A DNA stretch of 64,000 nt, taken from an uncultured Ectothiorhodospiraceae bacterium (GTDB lineage Bacteria > Pseudomonadota > Gammaproteobacteria > UBA9214). The DNA is taken from positions 100,880-164,879 of the forward strand of contig CAMYMI010000001.1 in assembly GCA_947259415.1 (NCBI GenBank), given 5' to 3'. Position 1 is the first letter of the stretch, and each line of letters begins with the position of its first letter. Position numbers and translations under genes: made by a program. Below are positions 50,355 through 64,000 of this stretch, one piece after another. The notes beneath the pieces were generated by a model. It did no database searches. It worked only from the letters and a program-made list of their open reading frames with translations, and was not told where the DNA came from.

Positions 50355-51344
50355 ATGAACCCGCAAGCCTTGCTACCGTCCCCGTCCAACTCAGCCCCCG
50401 GACCAGCCCGTGGCTACAAGGGCCTGTGGCTGTGGCTGCTGCTGTGGAGCCTGGAACTGTCCCCGCTCATGGCAGGTTCTGCAGATGCAGAAAACCCGGC
50501 ACCGGCCTCCCGGCTCAGCCAGCTGGGCATGGCCCTCGCCGACGCACCGGAATCGATGCGCGCCGATTTTGCCGTGATCGCGATCGCGCATATGGCCGAG
50601 GCCCAAAGGGCCGAGGCTGAACGTGCCCGCCTGGAGGCACCGCAGCTGGCACAGGACCGCGACCCGACACGCTGGGCCGGGGCGGTGGACGCCTATGTCG
50701 CGGAGCTGCTGGCGATTGCCGGGCGGATAAGCCCGCAGAAATCACTGCTCATCAAAACCGGGGCCGCGAACGACGTCTACCTGATCATCGATGGCACACC
50801 GGTTATGGTAAGCGGCCCCGTGGCCACTCAGCAGGCAGCCTTCGAGCAACAGATCATCGAGCGCTTCTGTACCCTGTATCCCTGTAACGAATTGCTTGCC
50901 GGTTACCAGGCCCCGCTCCCGCCATCACAGCCTGACCGGTCTGACACGCACTGGAGTTTCAGTCAGGACGCGGGGCCCGTCTGCAGTAGCGCTGACGGCC
51001 TGGAGTTTCAGTTCAGGGTTATGGAGAACCTTGCTGGCTACCGGAAGGCCTGCGCACAGATAGTGGCCGAGCTGGACACGCTCGTCCGGGGTATTGCCCA
51101 CAGCCGATCGAGTGGCGTCCGGGTGGACTGGAACAGCCTCGCCATCCATGCCCTGCCGGGAAGCGAGCACCACCAGGTCACGTTGAATACCGCCGGTGCG
51201 GTGATCCTCGCTCCGCTGCCGGGACTGGCCGCGACGCCGCGACTGTTAACGCTGTTGGGGCCATGGCTCGTGTCCAGGGTAAGCGGCAACAGTTACCGGC
51301 TGGTGGTGATCAATGCCGATCGGCACCTGGCCCCGCTGCTATAG
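50355..51344 (+). CDS. Hypothetical secreted protein
   Basis: ATG 50355 precedes the signal-like LWLWLLLWSLELSPLMAGSADA. No recognisable domain. Alternative starts at 50175 and 50241. Confidence 0.5.
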   Translation: MNPQALLPSPSNSAPGPARGYKGLWLWLLLWSLELSPLMAGSADAENPAPASRLSQLGMALADAPESMRADFAVIAIAHMAEAQRAEAERARLEAPQLAQDRDPTRWAGAVDAYVAELLAIAGRISPQKSLLIKTGAANDVYLIIDGTPVMVSGPVATQQAAFEQQIIERFCTLYPCNELLAGYQAPLPPSQPDRSDTHWSFSQDAGPVCSSADGLEFQFRVMENLAGYRKACAQIVAELDTLVRGIAHSRSSGVRVDWNSLAIHALPGSEHHQVTLNTAGAVILAPLPGLAATPRLLTLLGPWLVSRVSGNSYRLVVINADRHLAPLL

Positions 51345-51384
51345 TGCTCGTCGCAGGCAATACTCCGGCTATACCGGGACGACG

Positions 51385-52455
51385 CTAGAAATCGATTCCA
51401 AGCGGGTTGTCCGGATCCACGCCCTCCATGAACGGCAGTTTCCGGTCCTGGTGGGTCAGCTGATAGACCTGGCCGATCCAGTTTCCCACGATACCCTCGG
51501 CGGTGTCGTGCCAGGTATTGTCGAGACGTGTGGCTACCAGCGTCTCCGGGAACTCCGGTGGCTCCACGTCCGTTTCCCTGGCTGTCTCCAGACGCTGGCG
51601 GTAATCGTCAAGGATGGCCTGCTCCCTGGGCTTGAGGTAGTTTTCCGGGAACGGCGGATAATCCGCGCGGTCACCGGCGGCAAAACGCTGCACCTCGCGT
51701 TTGTATTCCTTGAGCAGCGACACCGTGTCGTACTCCGGGTGTCCCTGACAGTAGACCACGCGCAGCCCGTCCGCGCTCACTGCCAGGTGCACCCCGGCCT
51801 GCTCGCTCTCGACCAGGACGTGCAGTCCGGCTGCCTCGAACTGGGCACGGCCGATCTGATTGAAGCGCGAATGGGGCACGTCGAACACCGTGTTGACATC
51901 ATTCACCAGGGGATGGCGCGAGCGCTTTACCCGGTGCGGGAACACTCCCCAGCGCTTGGCTGGTAACGGCGTGCGTTTCTGGCCGTGATGGAACTGCATC
52001 ACGGCATGGGTGGCAAGACAGGAACACAGCACCGAGGTCACATTTTGTGTCGCCCAGTCGATCACCTCCCGCAAGGGTTTCCAGAAAGGCTCCTCGGAGA
52101 GATCGGCATGCGTGACGTTGGCGCCGGTTATGATCAGGGCATCCAGGCCCTCCGCGCGGATCTTTTCGATGGGCTCGTAGTAGCGGTCGATGTGGGTCCG
52201 GGCCTGTGCGCCCCGCGGCAGCTCATTCAGGGTAAAGGGGTGCATGTAGAACTGCGCAATCGGGTTGCTCTCCCCAACCAGCCGGTAGAACTGCCGTTCA
52301 GTGGCCGCGATGGCCGCGTCCGGCATCATGTTCAGCAGGCCGATATGCAGTTCACGGATGTACTGGTGCATGGCGCGGTCCGGGTCCAGGATAGTCTGGC
52401 CCTCCTCGCGCAGGCGCTGGAATGTCGGCAGTTCGTTGTGGGCAACAATCGGCAT
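51385..52455 (-). CDS. metA: Homoserine O-acyltransferase MetA (succinyl/acetyl specificity not assignable)
   Basis: MPIVAHNELPTFQRLREEG..LNMMP... is colinear with the E. coli MetA N-terminus, and a conserved Cys region is present. Confidence 0.92.
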   Translation of the reverse strand: MPIVAHNELPTFQRLREEGQTILDPDRAMHQYIRELHIGLLNMMPDAAIAATERQFYRLVGESNPIAQFYMHPFTLNELPRGAQARTHIDRYYEPIEKIRAEGLDALIITGANVTHADLSEEPFWKPLREVIDWATQNVTSVLCSCLATHAVMQFHHGQKRTPLPAKRWGVFPHRVKRSRHPLVNDVNTVFDVPHSRFNQIGRAQFEAAGLHVLVESEQAGVHLAVSADGLRVVYCQGHPEYDTVSLLKEYKREVQRFAAGDRADYPPFPENYLKPREQAILDDYRQRLETARETDVEPPEFPETLVATRLDNTWHDTAEGIVGNWIGQVYQLTHQDRKLPFMEGVDPDNPLGIDF

Positions 52456-52490
52456 GCGGTCTCCCCGGCAGCGGTCGGCAACGCTGACCC

Positions 52491-53342
52491 CTAGTCCCCC
52501 TTGCGGGCGATGGCCGTTTCCAGCAATTCCAGAAAATCCTGTTCATCACGTACCGCTCCCACTTCACGCGAGGTGACGCTATAGCCATGCGGTTCGGTAA
52601 TAGCCTCATAGCGTGGTACGCGCGAGTGGAACAGGCGCGGGAAGACCCAGCGGGTGAAGTCGTTCGGGTCCATCTCCGCCGCGTATTCAAACCCGTTGAG
52701 TCGCAGGTACTCCTGCATCTGTTCCTCGAGAAAGGCCGGTCGGTAATAGAGTGGTTTGGGATCACTCTGGGCACGCTCAATCAGGGCCTGCTCCTCCTCC
52801 TTTTCCGTCACCCGGATATAGAGAATCAGGGTATGCCGGGCCAGCAGGTCGATCACCGCCGGCTCCTCCAGTTCGCACAGGCTGCCCCCCACATCATTGA
52901 CGAAGTTCGGGTAACCGTAGATCTCGTGCGCCTTGCGAATGAACCCGGGTACATCGTACATGGCATCGATCTCGGCCTGACGGTACAGGGCCTGGCGCCG
53001 GGTGAATTCCCCCAGCGGCACCCCGCCCAGTTCGGGGTTGCCTAGCTTGCCGACAAAGCTCAGCACCGGCCCCAGGTCGGCCACCTTGATATTGTTGCGG
53101 ATATAGATCCAGTCGCGCCGCAGCAGGTCGCGCAGAAACGGGACCCGCATGGCCTGCTGCTTGATCAGGTCCAGTATCGGCTCATCCAGGTAGCGGGTAC
53201 CGATGCGGTAGTCTCCCGAGTAGTGGAACCAGTTGTGCTGACGCAGCAGCATGGACAAATAGGTCTTGCCCACCCCGGACATACCCAGCAGGGTGATGCT
53301 CTTGTGCTTCCAGGCGCGAAACTCGTCAACACTGAACTTCAT
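52491..53342 (-). CDS. P-loop NTPase/kinase-like protein of unknown function
   Basis: Walker A LLGMSGVGKTYLS at residues 18-30. 283 aa. Sits 35 nt upstream of metA on the same strand. Confidence 0.7.
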   Translation of the reverse strand: MKFSVDEFRAWKHKSITLLGMSGVGKTYLSMLLRQHNWFHYSGDYRIGTRYLDEPILDLIKQQAMRVPFLRDLLRRDWIYIRNNIKVADLGPVLSFVGKLGNPELGGVPLGEFTRRQALYRQAEIDAMYDVPGFIRKAHEIYGYPNFVNDVGGSLCELEEPAVIDLLARHTLILYIRVTEKEEEQALIERAQSDPKPLYYRPAFLEEQMQEYLRLNGFEYAAEMDPNDFTRWVFPRLFHSRVPRYEAITEPHGYSVTSREVGAVRDEQDFLELLETAIARKGD

Positions 53343-53558
53343 GGTGCAGGTTCTCTGGCAGACAAATAAACCGGAAGTTTAACCCGAAAGCCGTCCCGGA
53401 ATCGAAAAATCAGCGGTGCACTGGCTGTACCGAAAACGGATCCAGCGCAGGCCGATATGAATTTTGCTAATCCAACGGTCAATCTTGTACCCTTCTCCCG
53501 GAGCCCGTTGCATTGGCACCGGGTCTGAATAGGTCATTTGTGACCGGGGGCCAGCACC

Positions 53559-54170
53559 ATGAAATCCATAAGCAGAACCTTCCTGACCGGCCTGGTGACC
53601 ATCCTGCCGGTCATACTCACACTCTACCTGCTCTACTGGCTGGTGATCTCGATGGAGTCGGTGCTGGGCAATGCGATCCGCCAGGTCATGCCGGAGGGTA
53701 TGTACTGGCCGGGCATGGGTGTGATCGCCGGCCTTATTGTGGTGTTCCTGGTTGGGCTGCTGATGCATGCCTACATCGTGCGCTGGCTGTTCGCCAAGGG
53801 GGAGGCGCTGTTTTATCACCTGCCGTTGATCAATTCCGTCTACCGGGCGATGCGCGACTTCTTCGATTTCATCTCCCCGAGCACGAAAAGGGAATTCGAG
53901 CAGGTGGTAGCGGTGAGCCTCGGCAGCGCAGACATGCAGGTCATCGGTTTCGTCACCCAGGCCGTACCGGAACGACTGCCGAAGAGCATCCGCAGTGACG
54001 ACAGCATCCTGGTCTACCTGCCGTTGAGCTACATGATCGGCGGCTACACGGTTCTGCTGCCGCGTAGCGCCGTGCGCCCCCTGGACATGAGCATGGAAGA
54101 GGCGATGCGCTTTACCCTGACCGCCGGCGTCACCGGAAGCAACACTGGATCTGACAGACAAGCGCGATGA
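53559..54170 (+). CDS. DUF502-family membrane protein
   Basis: FLTGLVTILPVILTLYLLYWLV N-terminus and a conserved PGMGVIAGLI region. Confidence 0.8.
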   Translation: MKSISRTFLTGLVTILPVILTLYLLYWLVISMESVLGNAIRQVMPEGMYWPGMGVIAGLIVVFLVGLLMHAYIVRWLFAKGEALFYHLPLINSVYRAMRDFFDFISPSTKREFEQVVAVSLGSADMQVIGFVTQAVPERLPKSIRSDDSILVYLPLSYMIGGYTVLLPRSAVRPLDMSMEEAMRFTLTAGVTGSNTGSDRQAR

Positions 54171-54388
54171 AATGGCTGGATAACATCCCCCTTGCACTGC
54201 TGCTGCCGCTGGCGGTCTTGCTGGCGCTCGCCCCATTCGTGCCGGAACCGCACCTGTGGGAGAAGCTCAAGATGCTGGCTGACGGGACGCTGTCCAGGCC
54301 TGTCGATATATTCGACTTGTTCCTGCATGGTGCACCCTTGGTGCTGCTGATCCTCAAGCTGCTGACCAGCAACCGCCTGCAACACTGA
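54167..54388 (+). CDS. Small membrane protein, hypothetical
   Basis: 73 aa with two hydrophobic segments. ATGA overlap with the DUF502 stop suggests translational coupling. Confidence 0.5.
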   Translation: MKWLDNIPLALLLPLAVLLALAPFVPEPHLWEKLKMLADGTLSRPVDIFDLFLHGAPLVLLILKLLTSNRLQH

Positions 54389-54409
54389 GCGACGGATTGC
54401 CAGCGCTGA

Positions 54410-55282
54410 TTATTCCGCCAGCAGCCGCTGGCGTATGTCCTCGAATTCCGCCAGCTTCTTCGCATCGACCACGGGGTAATGCAGGTCCAGTGATTCCAGG
54501 GTGCGCACCAGGATATCGGCCACACACACCCGCATGTAGGCCTTGTTGTCAGCGGGTATCGCATACCAGGGCGCCCAGGGGCGCGAGGTCTCGGCCAGCG
54601 CGGTTTCGAAGGCCATCATGTACTCATCCCAGAAACCACGCTCGCGGATATCACCGACCGAGAACTTCCAGTTTTTCTGCTTCTCCTCGAGTCGCGCCAG
54701 GAAGCGCTGCCGCTGTTCCTCCCAAGACACGTTCAGCCAGAACTTAAGCACCACCGTCCCGTTGCGTGCCAGGTGCTCCTCGTGCTGGCGGATGGATGCA
54801 TAACGGTCGGCCCATATCGTCTCGAGGTCAAGGTCAGCCGGCAGTTTCTGGCTTCCGAGGTAGTGGGGGTGCACCCGCACCACCAGCACCTCCTCGTAGT
54901 AACTGCGGTTGAAAATACCGATACGCCCACGCTCGGGAAGGCAGCAAGTGGTACGCCAGAGAAAGTCATGGTCGAGTTCCTCCGGCGTCGGCTGCTTGAA
55001 GGAAAACACCTGGCAGCCGGCAGGGTTGACGCCCCTGAGTATGGCCCGGATGGTGCCGTCCTTACCGGCCGCGTCCATGCCCTGAAACACCAGCAGCAGG
55101 GAATGACGGTCATGCGCATAAAAGATACGCTGCAGTTCATCGATCCGGCTGATCAGCTTGGCCAGCTGCCGTTTCTGCTCCTTCTTGCCGGGCACCTCCC
55201 CTGCTGGCCCGGTGGGCGCGGCTTTCCATTTGAATTTGCCGTTGAATGGCGCCAGATAAGGGCTCTCGGGTGCTTCGAACAT
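54410..55282 (-). CDS. ppk2: Polyphosphate kinase 2 family protein
   Basis: FQGMDAAGKDGTI Walker-like motif and FNRSYYEEV. ATG 55282 (MFEAPES) was verified and preferred to the track start at 55441. Confidence 0.9.
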   Translation of the reverse strand: MFEAPESPYLAPFNGKFKWKAAPTGPAGEVPGKKEQKRQLAKLISRIDELQRIFYAHDRHSLLLVFQGMDAAGKDGTIRAILRGVNPAGCQVFSFKQPTPEELDHDFLWRTTCCLPERGRIGIFNRSYYEEVLVVRVHPHYLGSQKLPADLDLETIWADRYASIRQHEEHLARNGTVVLKFWLNVSWEEQRQRFLARLEEKQKNWKFSVGDIRERGFWDEYMMAFETALAETSRPWAPWYAIPADNKAYMRVCVADILVRTLESLDLHYPVVDAKKLAEFEDIRQRLLAE

Positions 55283-55694
55283 AGGGTTTCCTTGGTTTTG
55301 AGGGTGTTCGAAATTAACACAGCAGGCAAGGCCTGATACAAAATCATATCGCAACAGAAGCAGGCACGCATACAAAACGCAGTATGGTACAGTTCGGTCA
55401 TGCCGCTGCAGGCGCTGGTGGTATTGTGAGCGGAGCGGCAATCATGGCCGGTTATATGTTGAAAGGCCGTGTCACAGGCCATGAACAGTACGTGGCCGTT
55501 TCCTTGAAGCGGCGCGAACGGCTGTTTAAGATGCCATGGTCGTGCATCCAGAAATGACTGACAGGTATCCTGCCCCGGCCGTCCCTGCTGATGACCCGGG
55601 CAAGACTCCATACCGGACGCATACGGCCATACAACCTGCCGGTTGCCGCCGCTTGTCACGCAGCCGATCGCAGTAACCAGGAGAGACGCTGGAT

Positions 55695-57314
55695 ATGAAG
55701 TACGACCTGACACGCCCACCGGATCTGACCCGGGAAAAACGCATCGGACCCATGCGCATACAACGGCCCGAATACGTCTCCCTGCTGCCACCCTGCAATC
55801 AGGCCTGCCCGGCCGGCGAGAATATCCAGGCCTGGCTTGCGCTGGCCCAGGAAAGACACTTCAAGGCGGCGTGGCGGAAACTGGTTGAGGAGAATCCCAT
55901 GCCTGCGGTACACGGCCGGGTCTGCTATCACCCCTGTGAATCCGGCTGTAACCGCGGCCAGCTCGACAAGCCGGTCAGTATTCATGCCGTGGAACGCTTT
56001 CTCGGTGATCATGCCATCGACAAGGCCTGGAAGATCGAGTGCGACGCCGCACCCACCGGCAAGCGTATCCTAGTGGTTGGTGCCGGCCCAAGCGGTCTGT
56101 CGGCCGCCTACCACCTGACCCGCATGGGGCACAGCGTGGAGATCCATGAGGCCGGACCGATGGCGGGCGGCATGATGCATTTCGGCATCCCCGCCTACCG
56201 CATGCCCAGGGATATCCTGGATGCAGAAATTCGCCGCATCGAGGACATGGGTGTCAGGATCGTCCTCGATCACAAGGTCGAGGACCTGCTGGCCGAGATG
56301 CGTCAGGGAAATTTCGATGCCGTGTTCGTCGCCATCGGCGCCCACATCAGCAAACATATCGATATACCGGCACGGGACGCCGCCGGAATGCTGTCCGCAG
56401 TCAACTTCCTGGCCAGCGTCGAGGCCGGCGCAGCACCCGTGCTTGGCCGGCGCGTCGCGGTCTATGGTGGCGGCAACACCGCCATGGACGCAGCCCGGGT
56501 CGCCAAGCGTCTCGGCGCGGAAGAGGCCCTGATCATTTACCGGCGCAACCGTGAACAAATGCCCGCACACGAGTTCGAGGCAGAGGAGGCCCTTGAGGAA
56601 GGCGTCAAGATAAACTGGCTGCGTACCATTCGGGAGATCGACCAGACCACGCTCACGGTCGAGGTCATGGAGATCGGTGAGGACGGCCGGCCCAGGGGTA
56701 CCGGAAAGCTGGAAACCCTGGAGGCCGACTCCCTGATCCTGGCCCTGGGCCAGAATACTGATATCACCCTGCTCGAGAACATCCCGGGAGTCGAGTTCCA
56801 GAAGGACACGGTGATCGTCGACGAACACATGATGACCGGCCATCCCGGGATCTTCGCCGGTGGCGACATGGTGCCCTCGGAACGCACCGTAACGATCGCG
56901 GTCGGCCATGGCAAGAAGGCGGCCCGCAACATCGACAGCTGGCTGCGCGGCGAGCGCTATAGCAGCCCGCGCAAACACGACCTGGCAAGCTTCGACAAGT
57001 TGCACCTCTGGTACTTCACGGATGCCGATCAGCGCCCGCAGGACAGCCTGGGGCCGGAGCGCCGCCAGAGCGGCTTCGAGGAAGTGGTACACGGCCTGGA
57101 GAAGAAGGACGCGGTGTTCGAGGCCCAACGCTGTCTGTCCTGCGGCAATTGTTTCGAGTGTGACGGCTGTTTCGGTGCCTGCCCGGAACACGCCATCATC
57201 AAGCGCGGAAAGAACAGGGGTTACACGGTCGACATGGAACTGTGCACGGGCTGTGGTACCTGCTTCGAACAGTGCCCCTGCCATGCCATGGAAATGATTC
57301 CCGAGCCTGCCTGA
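55695..57314 (+). CDS. GltD-like NAD(P)H/FAD oxidoreductase fused to a 2x[4Fe-4S] ferredoxin domain
   Basis: N-terminal Cys clusters (CNQACPAGE, CYHPCESGCNR), the dinucleotide fold VVGAGPSGLSAAY, and C-terminal CLSCGNCFECDGC...CP and CTGCGTCFEQCPC. Confidence 0.88.
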   Translation: MKYDLTRPPDLTREKRIGPMRIQRPEYVSLLPPCNQACPAGENIQAWLALAQERHFKAAWRKLVEENPMPAVHGRVCYHPCESGCNRGQLDKPVSIHAVERFLGDHAIDKAWKIECDAAPTGKRILVVGAGPSGLSAAYHLTRMGHSVEIHEAGPMAGGMMHFGIPAYRMPRDILDAEIRRIEDMGVRIVLDHKVEDLLAEMRQGNFDAVFVAIGAHISKHIDIPARDAAGMLSAVNFLASVEAGAAPVLGRRVAVYGGGNTAMDAARVAKRLGAEEALIIYRRNREQMPAHEFEAEEALEEGVKINWLRTIREIDQTTLTVEVMEIGEDGRPRGTGKLETLEADSLILALGQNTDITLLENIPGVEFQKDTVIVDEHMMTGHPGIFAGGDMVPSERTVTIAVGHGKKAARNIDSWLRGERYSSPRKHDLASFDKLHLWYFTDADQRPQDSLGPERRQSGFEEVVHGLEKKDAVFEAQRCLSCGNCFECDGCFGACPEHAIIKRGKNRGYTVDMELCTGCGTCFEQCPCHAMEMIPEPA

Positions 57315-57375
57315 ACCCATACATGGATTATTTATCGCCGGCCGGCCGGGTTTGCCACCGGCGCCTGGAGCAAGC

Positions 57376-60981
<3,606 letters not shown>

Positions 60982-61008
60982 ATTATTGCTACCGCAGGAG
61001 ACTACGCC

Positions 61009-62010
61009 ATGGACCTTCGGACCACCTACATGGGTATAGAGCTCAAGCATCCCATTGTTGCATCCGCATCCCCCTTGTCGGAGAAGCTGGATAACATCAA
61101 GCGCATGGAGGATGCCGGTGCCGCCGCTGTGGTGATGTTCTCCCTGTTCGAGGAACAGATCAAACACGAGATCGCCGCCATCGAGCATCTGATCACATCG
61201 GGCGCCGAGAGCTATGCCGAATCGCTGAGCTATTTTCCGGATTTCGCCGACTACGAGACCGGGCCGGACGAATACCTCAACCTGTTGCGCAAGGCCACGG
61301 AGGCGGTCGACATCCCTGTAATCGGCAGCCTCAATGGCATCACCAACGAGGGCTGGGTGAATACGGCGCGCATGATGCAGGACGCGGGTGCAAGCGCCAT
61401 CGAGCTCAACACCTTTTATATTCCCGCACATCTCTACATGACTGGCCGCGAGGTGGAACAGCGCTACATCGATGTGCTCAAGGCCGTCAAGGAATCGGTG
61501 ACCATCCCGGTCGCCCTCAAACTGAGCCCCTTCTTCAGCGCCATCGGCAACATGGCACGCCAGTTCGACGAGGCTGGGGCCGATGCACTGGTGCTGTTCA
61601 ATCGCTTCTACCAGCCGGACTTCGACCTCGACAGGATGGAGGTGGTCCCGGACCTCGAGCTCAGCACACCCTCCGAGATCCGACTTCCGCTGCTCTGGAT
61701 TGCCGTGCTTTACGGTCGCATCAATGCCTCGATCGCGGCCACCCGCGGCGTGCACAGCCCCGTGGAAGTCATCAAATACCTGTTGGCCGGTGCCGACGTT
61801 GTCATGACCACCTCGGGCCTGCTCAGGTATGGGATCGGCTTCCTCACCACACTGGTTGACGGCCTGCAGGCCTGGATGGAGGAAAAACAATACAGCTCGG
61901 TGGCCCAGATGCGCGGCTCCATGAGTCAGGCCAACTGCCTTGACCCCAGCGCCTTCGAACGCGCCAACTATATCAAGATCCTCGAGAGTTACGCGCCCGA
62001 CTATGAGTAA
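61009..62010 (+). CDS. Dihydroorotate dehydrogenase-like (class 1 TIM-barrel flavoprotein-like) protein
   Basis: LKHPIVASASPLS, AIELN, and PVALKLSPF motifs of DHOD/DPD-type barrels. 333 aa with no Fe-S Cys motifs. Confidence 0.88.
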   Translation: MDLRTTYMGIELKHPIVASASPLSEKLDNIKRMEDAGAAAVVMFSLFEEQIKHEIAAIEHLITSGAESYAESLSYFPDFADYETGPDEYLNLLRKATEAVDIPVIGSLNGITNEGWVNTARMMQDAGASAIELNTFYIPAHLYMTGREVEQRYIDVLKAVKESVTIPVALKLSPFFSAIGNMARQFDEAGADALVLFNRFYQPDFDLDRMEVVPDLELSTPSEIRLPLLWIAVLYGRINASIAATRGVHSPVEVIKYLLAGADVVMTTSGLLRYGIGFLTTLVDGLQAWMEEKQYSSVAQMRGSMSQANCLDPSAFERANYIKILESYAPDYE

Positions 62011-62321
62011 AGAAGCGGTGACCACGCCTGGCCACAATCTTTTACAATCCTGCCCCTGCCACTTCGGCTAATTCCGATCGCACCACCCTGCCAGCCGTGC
62101 CGGCCGCGGCAACCCCTCTCCACAGCCCCGCCACTGCGATAAACAACTGTTTACAACCCTGTAATGACTGACATGGGCGGATGTAAACACCCGCCCGCCC
62201 CGTGTCCGGCTCACGCGCACCCGCACAGCCTTGCTGGTGGACTTGCTGATGCAGACACAGCGATTTTCATCGTCGCCGACTCATCTATAATGAAGTGCAG
62301 TTCAGGTAGGAGGCAAACAGC

Positions 62322-63173
62322 ATGCGTTGGAGAAAGGGGCGCAGAAGTTCCAATATCGAGGACCGGCGCGGCACACGTCTTGCTGGCCCGATTGCTTTCA
62401 AGGGCGGGGTCGGCACCATCGCGCTGATCCTGGTGGCCAGCTACTTTCTCGGCATCAATCCACTGGAGATTCTGCAGATGCAGACCGGCAGCGGGCCCGC
62501 TGTCAGCCAGTCGGACTGGAAGCCGACAGCGGCGGAACAACAGGCGGCTGATTTTGTCTCCGTGGTGCTGGCGGACACCGAGGACACCTGGGACGCCATC
62601 TTTGAACAGGCCGGGCAGACCTACGTCGAACCGACCCTGGTCCTGTTCAGCGGGTCGGTGAGCTCCGCCTGCGGCATGGCCAGCGCCGCGATGGGACCGT
62701 TCTATTGTCCGGCCGATCAGAAGGTCTATATCGACCTCTCGTTCTTCGATGACCTCAAGCGTCGTCACGGCGCCCCCGGTGATTTTGCACAGGCCTATGT
62801 CATTGCGCATGAGATCGGCCACCATGTGCAGAATCTGCTGGGGATCAGCAAGCAGGTGAGATCGGCGCAGCGCGGCCTGGGCAAGACACAGGCCAACGCC
62901 CTTTCGGTCAATCAGGAACTGCAGGCCGACTGCTTTGCGGGGCTGTGGGGCAACCATGCGAATCGCAGCCGCCAGGTGCTGGAACAGGGTGATATCGAGG
63001 AGGCCCTGGGTGCGGCCAGTGCTATCGGTGATGACCGCCTGCAGCGCCAGGCTCAGGGCTATGTGGTGCCGGAGTCCTTCACCCATGGCAGCTCAGAGCA
63101 ACGGGTCGAATGGTTCAAGCGCGGTATCCTGAGTGGTGACATCAACAGCTGCGACACCTTCGGGACCAGTTAG
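62322..63173 (+). CDS. ypfJ: YpfJ-family neutral zinc metallopeptidase
   Basis: MRWRKGRRSSNIEDRRG N-terminus, a TM segment, and the HEIGHH zinc motif. Confidence 0.9.
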   Translation: MRWRKGRRSSNIEDRRGTRLAGPIAFKGGVGTIALILVASYFLGINPLEILQMQTGSGPAVSQSDWKPTAAEQQAADFVSVVLADTEDTWDAIFEQAGQTYVEPTLVLFSGSVSSACGMASAAMGPFYCPADQKVYIDLSFFDDLKRRHGAPGDFAQAYVIAHEIGHHVQNLLGISKQVRSAQRGLGKTQANALSVNQELQADCFAGLWGNHANRSRQVLEQGDIEEALGAASAIGDDRLQRQAQGYVVPESFTHGSSEQRVEWFKRGILSGDINSCDTFGTS

Positions 63174-63254
63174 GCCCTGCAGCTTCAATCTGCGCCGAAC
63201 GCCGAGTTTATGCTATCCAGCTGGCCTGGCAACCGCCGGTCACGGCGATCTGCC

Positions 63255-63746
63255 TTAGGATTCGGCCTGCCTGGTCAGGATGTATTCGGCGTAGGCATCG
63301 CGCCCTTCATCAAAGGCGGTGATCATCACGCCGATTTGATAATTGTCGTCCCCTTCTGAACGGGCATAGACCGTCTGGCAGCGGACTGTGACGCCGGTCG
63401 GACGGACCGTATCATCTGACATTACAAACGCCAGCTGTAATGGCGTCGGTGCATGCTGGTCCAGCCGCTCGAGTCCGGGCAACAGGGTCTGAATCATCAG
63501 CAGATCGCCCTCCAGGCGCAGGCCGGACAGCGAGATGTTGGTAATCACTGCATCCACACCCACACCACTGGCAGAGCATGCCCGGGCCGGAATGCGGGTA
63601 TCAAACCGGGGGTGCCTGCGCAGGTCGACGAGGTAGGTGGACTCAACCCGCCGGCGGTGCGGGGTGCTCAGCGGCTCCATTGAGTAATCACTATATTTAT
63701 CAGATTGATATGGTTTGCTAGCCACTTTATGCATCCTTGAAATCAC
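63255..63746 (-). CDS. PilZ-domain protein
   Basis: RRHPRF (RxxxR) followed by NISLSG (D/NxSxxG), the c-di-GMP binding motifs. The start is uncertain. Confidence 0.8.
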   Translation of the reverse strand: MISRMHKVASKPYQSDKYSDYSMEPLSTPHRRRVESTYLVDLRRHPRFDTRIPARACSASGVGVDAVITNISLSGLRLEGDLLMIQTLLPGLERLDQHAPTPLQLAFVMSDDTVRPTGVTVRCQTVYARSEGDDNYQIGVMITAFDEGRDAYAEYILTRQAES

Positions 63747-64000
63747 GGTCCGCTACCGAACCATCCGGTAGTGATAAATTGTTGATCTAACACCTGATAT
63801 CTCGGCATTGATGGCTGTGACTTTAACCGGCCTTGGGCCCACTGGGGCTCTGCCATGCCGGATGAGGACAGCCCGGGAGCAGTCCTAACGGGACAAAACG
63901 ACAGCCGATTCCTCCGAGTCCAGATAGTCCGCCAACACCTGCAGAGTCGCGGCAAGGCACTCCCCGGAAATAACGGTGCCATGCTGGTTTGAAATATTCG

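Noticed and set aside
53343-53558. SAM-type riboswitch upstream of the P-loop/metA operon
   Set aside because: I could not recognise SAM-I or SAM-II/V consensus elements in the leader by eye. A covariance-model scan would be needed to exclude one.
63743-63982. 79-aa minus-strand ORF at the window end
   Set aside because: Its composition is low-complexity Pro/Arg/Ser/Trp. It overlaps the PilZ start, and I saw no RBS or motif. A real gene may begin beyond the window, but I cannot support one.

Overview
GC-rich bacterial chromosomal segment (roughly 55-62 percent GC by eye, not computed). The gene content fits a Gammaproteobacterium with sulfur or anaerobic-type metabolism: a TusE/DsrC-family protein, a periplasmic rhodanese, several c-type cytochromes, PFOR, and a VPLPA/PEP-CTERM sorting signal. 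This taxonomic guess is inference only. I can support about 65 protein-coding genes. Most are housekeeping: P-type ATPase, FeoB, TypA, DsbB, RdgC, GreB, HemH, ArfB, TrxC, Pcm, AhcY, DegP-like protease, GltA, MetA, PPK2, PFOR and YpfJ. I saw no rRNA, tRNA, CRISPR array, transposase, integrase or phage gene, so this reads as core genome rather than an accessory island. The many long ORFs antisense to real genes are the usual GC-rich artefact. The ORF track uses ATG/GTG/TTG starts, and I moved several starts to internal ATGs with better context. No candidate below is demonstrably a new system. The ones I would look at first are: (1) a four-gene PspA-like / membrane / secreted vWA / unknown operon, with a divergent OmpR-type two-component system and direct-repeat operators between them. 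(2) Two paralogous Arg-rich mini-proteins sharing a DRRLNNI motif. (3) A His/Arg/Tyr heptad-repeat secreted protein encoded by 21-bp tandem repeats. (4) A GltD-like and a DHOD-like gene flanking PFOR, which together reconstitute a dihydropyrimidine-dehydrogenase-like domain set. (5) Two possible recoding or decay cases: a signal peptide with no canonical start codon, and a small Zn-ribbon-like ORF needing a frameshift plus a TGA at a Cys position. All family assignments come from motif recognition by eye. No database search was run.
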